IMG/VR virus record: IMGVR_UViG_3300027370_000004
Span: 1-63,636 of that record
Length of the DNA: 63,636 bases
Source of the DNA: a virus
Taxonomy: Duplodnaviria; Caudoviricetes
Strand: one strand, 5' to 3'
Shown piece after piece: positions 57,545-63,636 of this stretch. A program made the translations under genes and the position numbers. The notes below the pieces were generated by a model, which was not told the DNA's origin, searched no databases, and saw only the letters and a program-made list of their open reading frames with translations. Positions within the stretch are counted from its first letter, which is position 1; each line of letters starts with the position of its first letter.

Positions 57545-58555
57545 CTAAGAGTACCGGGCCTTGTCACGCTGCGCGATCTGAGTTTTGCGGGCACGGATGT
57601 AGTCATCGGTACCCTGCTTGCTCAAATCTTCGAGGGTTAAAGTGCCTCTCGCGGAAGCCCCCGTCACTGGTTTATGGGCCGGGGGTGCGGTACTCACGAC
57701 TTTTTTGGCAGGAGTTACAGCTTTAGGCTTGGCTTCCGATTCCAGACCTTGAGAAATTCTCCCGATTGCGGCGAATCCCATCGCCGGAGACATTTGCACC
57801 AAGGCAAGCGCCTCATCGAGATTTCGCACAAGATAATTGGTCACAGCGGGGCCATTTGGCAGTTCTTTGATAAGTTCAATGATTGGGACCGGGAGCTTCA
57901 TGCCGGCTTTCGCGGCAGCGTTCACGGCTTCATTGAAATCAGGAACTTCCTCTTGGAACTTAGTAGCAGCCTCTTTGTAACCTGCGTCTCGTGATTCCTC
58001 AATTTCTTTCGCCTCTCGCTCTTGCGCGGATTGATCGCGTTCGGCGAGTCTGGCTTGAATCTTCTGCTCGGCTGTCCAGTCGATCAGGGCCTCGTTGTAC
58101 TCGGTCCAATCCTTGTACTTGGTCCCAATCTCACTCTCAAGGGGCTTGCCTGCAATCTCGGTTTTCGGCTTCTCTTGCGGCGTCTCAGCTTTTGGGGCCA
58201 AACGCTGCTCGATAGCGTCAAACTTTGCGCGGAATTCCGACAGTTGTTGCTCCAGCCTGTCGGCCCGGTCTTTCTCTTCGCCTCTTTCCCTTGTGAGTTT
58301 GTCGATTTTCTTCTGAAAGCCGCCCTTGCTCTTCGGTTTCTCCTGCGTAGTCTCCGCTTCCGGCGCGGATTCGGTTTCAACCTGCTCAGTTTCCTGAGCG
58401 GTCGCGGGTGTTTCGGGTTCCACTGTTTCAGTCGGTTCTGGTTTAACTTCCGGCTTTACTTCGGGGTTAGGAACTCGTTCACGCCAGTTTTCAGACACAG
58501 CATGATCGACTTCTTCCTGAGTGGCAGTGGTGGAAGCTACGATAAAGTCAGGCAT
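57545..58555 (-). CDS. Scaffolding protein
   Basis: Acidic N-terminus, FQKKIDKLTRE coiled coil, GPAV..YL, C-terminal DDYIRAR; upstream of coat. Confidence 0.85.
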   Translation of the reverse strand: MPDFIVASTTATQEEVDHAVSENWRERVPNPEVKPEVKPEPTETVEPETPATAQETEQVETESAPEAETTQEKPKSKGGFQKKIDKLTRERGEEKDRADRLEQQLSEFRAKFDAIEQRLAPKAETPQEKPKTEIAGKPLESEIGTKYKDWTEYNEALIDWTAEQKIQARLAERDQSAQEREAKEIEESRDAGYKEAATKFQEEVPDFNEAVNAAAKAGMKLPVPIIELIKELPNGPAVTNYLVRNLDEALALVQMSPAMGFAAIGRISQGLESEAKPKAVTPAKKVVSTAPPAHKPVTGASARGTLTLEDLSKQGTDDYIRARKTQIAQRDKARYS

Positions 58556-58624
58556 TGTTCTCCTGGATTTTTACCGGGCAAATTAAGCCTACCCGTGGGC
58601 TGGAGTGGTGCTAAAATCGGTCGC

Positions 58625-58831
58625 ATGTTCGACAATTTTATATTTCTGTGCAATGGCTGCAACCAGAGCCAGTGCGATTGCGCGATCACGAAATCAATCC
58701 CAGAACGCGGGATTTGGATGGGCGACACTTACCATCAATGTTGCTTGCCGCCAAACGTAGAATTCCACGTCGCACGCGGGCCGCGAGTCAAACCGCCCAC
58801 TGAAGCTGCTTCGCATGGAATCTTGTACTGA
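58625..58831 (+). CDS. Cys-rich antisense moron, probably leaderless
   Basis: TG-C-TAAAAT (58609-58617), ATG 7 nt later; CNGCNQSQCDC. Confidence 0.5.
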   Translation: MFDNFIFLCNGCNQSQCDCAITKSIPERGIWMGDTYHQCCLPPNVEFHVARGPRVKPPTEAASHGILY

Positions 58832-58851
58832 GTGGTGCTAAACTTGTGGGC

Positions 58852-59217
58852 ATGTGGTTGCCGATAGCATCTGCCCCTAAAAACGGCTCCCTGATTGTCT
58901 GCTGGTCCTCTGAATGGCGAGATGAGCCATACTTACTTTGCTGGAAGACCAATCCTCGAATTGCGTACGCTCACACACGGTTTGGAATGGACGAGTTACT
59001 GGATACCTATTTTGGCGATCCAGCCGAGATGGATGACTATGACTTTGCTAAACGTAATGGCGGCCCAACTCACTGGCACCCTCTATCCCCATTACCTCTT
59101 AGGGTTCCGGCTGATTCTCTTGCGCCTGCTGCGCCATCTGCTGCTCATGTTGCTGACCCTGCGCCGTCATGTCCGCTTCATGATCCTGATCCGACTGCTG
59201 AGAATCCGCCTGAGTGA
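58852..59217 (+). CDS. DUF551-like antisense moron, probably leaderless
   Basis: W.PI.SAPKNG...PTHW.PL..LP; TG-C-TAAACT 7 nt upstream. Confidence 0.65.
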   Translation: MWLPIASAPKNGSLIVCWSSEWRDEPYLLCWKTNPRIAYAHTRFGMDELLDTYFGDPAEMDDYDFAKRNGGPTHWHPLSPLPLRVPADSLAPAAPSAAHVADPAPSCPLHDPDPTAENPPE

Positions 59218-61396
59218 CCGCTTGCTGCGCGGCCATGCCCTGCTCGTGCTCCTGATCGACGGCCTGCATTCCGACTTCATGGGCTGACTGATGCAGGATC
59301 TTCCACTGGTCGATTTCCCATTGCAGGCGTTCTCTTGCGGCCTGAGCCTTCGTGGTAATCTCTGCCACAGTGACCTGCGTCTCCGCCTGTAATCGAGCGA
59401 TAGCTTGCCTGCTGGCTTCCTGCTCCTTGACGGTCGCCAGCTTGCCTTGCTGCTCGACCTGCTTGGTCTGGATTATCTGCGAGGCGTTCTTGAGTTCGGT
59501 CGCTAACTGCTGATGCTGCTGCATTAACGTCGAAAGTTCGCTCTGCATCCGCGCTAAAGTCTCTTCTGGGTCCGATCCATCTTCCGGACCTAAGATATTC
59601 GGCGGAATCGTGCGCTTAATTCTCTCTGCGATCTCTTTTGCCAGCGGAATATCCATCTGGCCTACCATGAGGTCTCCGCAGACATGCAGCATTTCCGGAT
59701 AGGCGGCAATAAGTTGCTGAATCTCCGCTGCCGCCTGCTGCCTCTTGGTCTGGAACGACGGCCCTACGTCTACCGTTACGTCATAGCGCCCAACACCAAT
59801 GTTGTAGATTTTCTTGATGGCCTTCGCGTCAAGTGCGTCCTGCAATGCTTCCTGAGCCTGTTGCTGGGCTTCCTGCGGGTCTCCGCCTTTCGAGTTGTAA
59901 ATTCCTACATGGTCCACCGTGCCATCCGGCTTGATAATTCTCTGCACTCGCGGCGCGTCATAGATTATCGGTATCCACGTCAGAATCCCGCGAATCAACT
60001 CTCGTTTTGACCTTGCCAGATTGTCCGAGAAATTAGCCGTAGCGACGTTGCCCTGCCTCTGGAGGGCCACAATTGCCTTGCCAGACTGGTCAGGCGTCTT
60101 CTGGCCCAATGAAGGATCAAAAAGCCCTGTAACCGCCTTCATGTCGGTATCGGCGGTGACGAGCAGTTGAGACATTGCTTGAATAGGAGGCTCCGCCGTC
60201 TCGCGCTGAGGCCGTTCCGGAGCCTGAGGGTCGGGATTGTAGTGCAAAACCGCCAAATCGCCAGTATTCGCCGACTGCCACTCTCTTTCAAATCCTTCCG
60301 TCTGCCGCGCCGTGGCGATAAATGGCATTTTCGGCGCAATCGCAACCATGTCCGTAGCTTTTGACAGATGATAGTTATAGGCTCTCGCTGGATCTTTCGC
60401 CGTCCTCACTAATCCCGCGAGGTAGGGCTTGCCATCGACATTCAAGTTGTAGCCGAGCACCGGAACGGAGGGAATGACCTTGCCGGGTACTTCATGTTCC
60501 TCCAGCTTCCGCATCGCATTCATCAGAGTCCACATGACTTTGGGCTTTTGGCGTTTGCGAGTGTTGGCTATCTTTGCGCCTTCGGGGAGTTTTTCAAGTC
60601 CGACGACCGTCGAGCCGTCCTGAAGCTGATAGAGCGTCTCTTCTGTATATTCGATGTGGTAGTACTCGGCAATCCTGATCACATCTTTGCTGATCCACTG
60701 AGAAGCCGTGTCTCCTGTACTCTTGAACTGCTCCAGAGACGACGCAGCAACCATATCCTTGCCGTACTGTGCGGTGTACTCCTCAATTGGCATATCCTCG
60801 ACAAAGAATCGCCACTTCGCGTCGATCCGCAGAGGATGTCTGGCATTCGGATCGTCATAAACCGTGAACGGATTCGGCACGGCGCCGATCTTGATTTCCT
60901 GCGCCCAAGGATTGTCCGGGTCGTCGTCTTCGTACTCTGACCAATAGCGAAGCCATCCCAGACCACCAATCACCATGTGCTCAAACGAAATATCGTCCGC
61001 AACTTCCGCATCGCATTGCACTTCAATATGCCTCACGATGCCTTGCAGAATTTCCGCAGTCTCAGGATCGGAGTCAGAACCTACTGGATTGATCGTCGCC
61101 GAGGGCCTTTGCTGCCTTTGCTCGTTTGTGACCTGATTGCAGAACGCCGCCGTGCGGTTGATCGTCAGCGCGACTTTCTTCCCTAATCTGCGCTTTACTT
61201 CCTCCGGCCACTGCTGCCCAATCCTAAATTTGAAATCTTCTAAAGCCTCCCGCCTCCAATCTGCCGTAGCATCCGCAGACGCTTTCCAGCGTTTCAGGGC
61301 AAGGTCAATGAAGGCCCTATCTTTCTGGGCTGCCAGTTGCTCTGGAGTAGGTCCTTTTTTCGCGGGAGTCCCGCTGGCGTTATGCTGAGGCTTCAT
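59099..61396 (-). CDS. Portal protein (P22 gp1-like)
   Basis: F..G.QWP, LTIN, GLVR.AKDP.R.YN, SGKAI...Q.QG, G.YDV.V..GPSF.T.RQ, C-terminal coiled barrel. Confidence 0.95.
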   Translation of the reverse strand: MKPQHNASGTPAKKGPTPEQLAAQKDRAFIDLALKRWKASADATADWRREALEDFKFRIGQQWPEEVKRRLGKKVALTINRTAAFCNQVTNEQRQQRPSATINPVGSDSDPETAEILQGIVRHIEVQCDAEVADDISFEHMVIGGLGWLRYWSEYEDDDPDNPWAQEIKIGAVPNPFTVYDDPNARHPLRIDAKWRFFVEDMPIEEYTAQYGKDMVAASSLEQFKSTGDTASQWISKDVIRIAEYYHIEYTEETLYQLQDGSTVVGLEKLPEGAKIANTRKRQKPKVMWTLMNAMRKLEEHEVPGKVIPSVPVLGYNLNVDGKPYLAGLVRTAKDPARAYNYHLSKATDMVAIAPKMPFIATARQTEGFEREWQSANTGDLAVLHYNPDPQAPERPQRETAEPPIQAMSQLLVTADTDMKAVTGLFDPSLGQKTPDQSGKAIVALQRQGNVATANFSDNLARSKRELIRGILTWIPIIYDAPRVQRIIKPDGTVDHVGIYNSKGGDPQEAQQQAQEALQDALDAKAIKKIYNIGVGRYDVTVDVGPSFQTKRQQAAAEIQQLIAAYPEMLHVCGDLMVGQMDIPLAKEIAERIKRTIPPNILGPEDGSDPEETLARMQSELSTLMQQHQQLATELKNASQIIQTKQVEQQGKLATVKEQEASRQAIARLQAETQVTVAEITTKAQAARERLQWEIDQWKILHQSAHEVGMQAVDQEHEQGMAAQQAVTQADSQQSDQDHEADMTAQGQQHEQQMAQQAQENQPEP

Positions 61397-61781
61397 TCTG
61401 AAGTGCTATCGGAATAAACTGCGACAACCTGTCCTTGCTCAATTTTGGCCGCGGCCCGTAAATCCCCGCAATATCCCCTTCACGGATCATTAAGCGCGGC
61501 CCATCTTCAATGTCGGGATAGCAGTTTCCCGCGCCGGGTACATCCACAATATCGCCCACTTGCACGCCCTGAACTTTCAACCCAATCGAGAGCACGCGGC
61601 ACTTTCTGCCTTTGTAGTGCGAGAGTTCAGGCGGTTCCAGCCCACTGCTCATTAGTGCGTCTCTGTGGGCTGGAGCCATAACAATTAAACCTTCACCCAT
61701 CTCGCCGGGATTCAGGCGTTCGACTAACAACCGCTTGCCGAGTGGACGGAACTTTGCAGGATCTATGCTGAGAAGGTTCAT
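61380..61781 (-). CDS. groES: Co-chaperonin GroES-like protein
   Basis: RPLGKRLLVE, GLIV, VLSIG..V..VQVGD.V, L.IRE.DI.GI. Confidence 0.75.
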   Translation of the reverse strand: MNLLSIDPAKFRPLGKRLLVERLNPGEMGEGLIVMAPAHRDALMSSGLEPPELSHYKGRKCRVLSIGLKVQGVQVGDIVDVPGAGNCYPDIEDGPRLMIREGDIAGIYGPRPKLSKDRLSQFIPIALQNEASA

Positions 61782-62230
61782 AAGGAAAAAAGCATGTCAA
61801 AGCGCATCTGGTAACGATCTTCCAGGATGTCGTAGGCGCGTAGTACTCTAATACATACGCCAGCTTCCTCATCGCACATACGCTCAGAAATCTCCAATCC
61901 AGCGGGAAGCGGAAGATTGAAGCACGTAATTCTTTTCTCAGGTGCGTGCTCGACGATGCGCTGCACCAGTTTGTCAATTTCAGGGTCTACGAATCGCTGC
62001 TTGAAGTCTTCGGGATCGCGGTCGAAGTCGGTGGTTGATGGCCAGTTCGGTTCTATATTCGGCGCCCAATTGCTGACTTGAGCGCCAGGATAGGGTAAGT
62101 CGCTTAAGAGCTTGTCTGAACGGTCTTCGTCCATCCGCGACGAAATTCCAGCTTTCCGCATCGCTGACAGCACTGCCACCAGCGCCATTTGAGCTACTTG
62201 CCATCCGTCGATTCGCGTCATTGTCGCCAT
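61778..62230 (-). CDS. Truncated paralog of the major capsid protein
   Basis: By hand alignment, 23 of 46 residues are identical to the coat C-terminus, plus a DF..RF..P helix match. Confidence 0.75.
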   Translation of the reverse strand: MATMTRIDGWQVAQMALVAVLSAMRKAGISSRMDEDRSDKLLSDLPYPGAQVSNWAPNIEPNWPSTTDFDRDPEDFKQRFVDPEIDKLVQRIVEHAPEKRITCFNLPLPAGLEISERMCDEEAGVCIRVLRAYDILEDRYQMRFDMLFSL

Positions 62231-62460
62231 CAGAACTTCGCTATCTTCGGCAATCTTTGCGGCACCATATGCGGGGCCAGGGCTTGTATGCCGAGCATTT
62301 TTACACGAGGCTTCTGCACCGCTGGCATGTGCGGCACACCCGAAGGCTGAGTGAACTTCGCAATCGACCTTGGAATTCCCGGTTTCGCCAGTCTTGGTTT
62401 CCGCAGATTGAAAGTTCCCGGAGGATTAACTGTCGCCGGACTGGAGAGGAAGTTGGGCAT
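62230..62460 (-). CDS. Small Pro/Lys-rich basic protein
   Basis: ORF in the small-gene cluster; start inferred. Confidence 0.5.
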   Translation of the reverse strand: MPNFLSSPATVNPPGTFNLRKPRLAKPGIPRSIAKFTQPSGVPHMPAVQKPRVKMLGIQALAPHMVPQRLPKIAKF

Positions 62461-62551
62461 TACAGCATTGGCCCCGAGAAGGCTATAATCAACAACGCTC
62501 CTGCAACAATCCCCAGAACAAATCCGGCAGTGAACCACAAAGCGCGGCGTG

Positions 62552-62776
62552 TCACGCTTTCAACTCCGCTACAGATTTCATTGCCCCTAACTTGTGCGCT
62601 TTCGTCCGAATCCGATTCGTAAACGCAGAATGTGCGCCGTGATGCATTGTAGCCAATGCTACAGCTTCCGCCCTGTGTTTTGGCGTATTCAGCGGGTAAG
62701 AGCCTGTGCCGGATTTCGAGGGTACCCCGCGCTGACTTTTAGGTACAGCCCGCTTTGCCGCCTCAGACATTGCCAT
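62552..62776 (-). CDS. Small basic protein
   Basis: KRAVPKS...SYPL....H...A motif; ends MKSVAELKA. Confidence 0.65.
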   Translation of the reverse strand: MAMSEAAKRAVPKSQRGVPSKSGTGSYPLNTPKHRAEAVALATMHHGAHSAFTNRIRTKAHKLGAMKSVAELKA

Positions 62777-62777
62777 G

Positions 62778-63086
62778 CTAGGCCATCAACTCCTTCACCG
62801 AGGCCAACTTTTGCGGCTTGCGGTTGGTCATCTTGCGGCCCTTAGCTACTACGTGTTCGCCAGCTTTCAAAAAGTACGAACCTGTTTTTGGCACCTTTCC
62901 GCCTTTGTGAAACGCTCCCAGCGGTCGATAAGGGGCTGGTTGTCCTATCGGAGCGCGTGGCGCTACAGGCATCGGCGTTGGACCGCTGACACCTATCGGA
63001 TCGCCAATTGGCGCACGCGGAGCCACAGGAGTAGGCCGCATCGGAGCGTAAGGCATCCTGCCGCCGCCCATTAGTTGAGGAAACAT
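62778..63086 (-). CDS. Small Pro-rich basic protein
   Basis: PVAPRAPIG x2; FHKGGKVPKTG...L.AGEHV; ends LASVKELMA. Confidence 0.65.
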   Translation of the reverse strand: MFPQLMGGGRMPYAPMRPTPVAPRAPIGDPIGVSGPTPMPVAPRAPIGQPAPYRPLGAFHKGGKVPKTGSYFLKAGEHVVAKGRKMTNRKPQKLASVKELMA

Positions 63087-63283
63087 TACGCTTTCAACCT
63101 TTCCACGGAGGCCATCTTGCGGTCGTGCTTCGCTTGCATCCGTTCGCCTTTTGCCGTCTCTTTATTGCCGTGCATTGCGCCGATTGCGTTCATTCCGCCA
63201 TAGACGTACCTATCGGCATGGCGGCCTGTCAGCCCCTTCTTGCGGGCTTCATGACGCAAGGCATTTTCCAGAAACTTTGGCAT
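63086..63283 (-). CDS. Small basic protein
   Basis: MPKFLE..L..EA.KKG...YVYG.MN; ends MASVERLKA. Confidence 0.65.
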   Translation of the reverse strand: MPKFLENALRHEARKKGLTGRHADRYVYGGMNAIGAMHGNKETAKGERMQAKHDRKMASVERLKA

Positions 63284-63286
63284 AGG

Positions 63287-63636
63287 CTACGAGTAAGTGA
63301 TGGTCCCCGTCGATCCGATGACGTGCCAAGTGCCTTGCCATGCCCGTAGAACAATTCCAGCGCCGATGTTCGCGGCAAAGGTCGCTGTCGTCTTCGCCCC
63401 ACCGCCCGCGTACAGTAATGCCGAAGGCAAAGTCACTGAATGGGCATGAGCCGACGCGGAAGCTATGGCTACAGTCAGGTTGTCATCGGTGCCGGATACA
63501 GGCAGCGGAATAGTCGTCGCATCCGTTCCGCCTGTAATCATGTAGTTGTTGCCAAGCGGATTGTAGATGTTGATGGCGTCCGCCGAGCCTGTGAGAGTTT
63601 GCGGGACCGATTGAAAGGCATCGGTTTGGGTGACAT
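63287..63636 (-). CDS. 3' part of the junction-spanning 134-aa protein
   Basis: The frame is open from the window end to the stop at 63287; beta-rich C-terminus (AHSVTLP...W.VI). Confidence 0.8.
   Translation of the reverse strand, partial: VTQTDAFQSVPQTLTGSADAINIYNPLGNNYMITGGTDATTIPLPVSGTDDNLTVAIASASAHAHSVTLPSALLYAGGGAKTTATFAANIGAGIVLRAWQGTWHVIGSTGTITYS

Noticed and set aside
58022-58624. 269-aa + strand ORF
   Set aside because: It is mostly an antisense shadow of the scaffold gene. Only 58625-58831 has its own promoter and start.
1-63636. CRISPR array, tRNA, DGR (reverse transcriptase/TR-VR), integrase
   Set aside because: I recognised no regularly spaced repeats, cloverleaf, RT motifs or recombinase motifs by eye.
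1-63636. Alternative genetic code or stop-codon recoding
   Set aside because: Core genes are full length under the standard code, and TAA, TAG and TGA all terminate genes.

Overview
The window is an apparently complete, circular dsDNA tailed-phage genome (63,628 bp after collapsing an 8-nt terminal overlap, GGTGACAT; collapsing it restores an intact gene across the junction). The virion module is P22-like (podovirus-type): terminases, portal, scaffold, coat, gp4/gp10-like tail proteins and ejection proteins. The early region is lambdoid-like and divergent, with a Cro-like HTH, ERF plus YqaJ, an initiator plus DnaB, and a C5-MTase-like protein. I found no integrase or CI-type repressor. Domain style (ASH/choice-of-anchor-D-like, He_PIG Ig, Cys/Thr/Gly-rich secreted proteins) suggests an Acidobacteriota-like diderm host, which is an inference. 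The most unusual points are: (1) the ~20 kb tailspike/fibre slot encodes Cys-rich proteins that all begin with Sec-type signal peptides, including one with a tailspike head-binding-like domain, suggesting receptor-binding proteins are exported and added to virions after lysis; (2) two HNH endonuclease genes sit antisense inside signal-peptide coding sequences, and their antisense strands supply a replacement signal peptide, while a third HNH duplicates the N-terminus of its host gene; (3) a 150-aa mini-paralog of the major capsid protein lies next to a GroES-like gene; (4) consecutive small basic proteins share a C-terminal motif; (5) several leaderless antisense morons, a structured ~370-nt intergenic RNA candidate and a pseudoknot at the initiator start. 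All calls are by eye from motifs and synteny; no searches were run.
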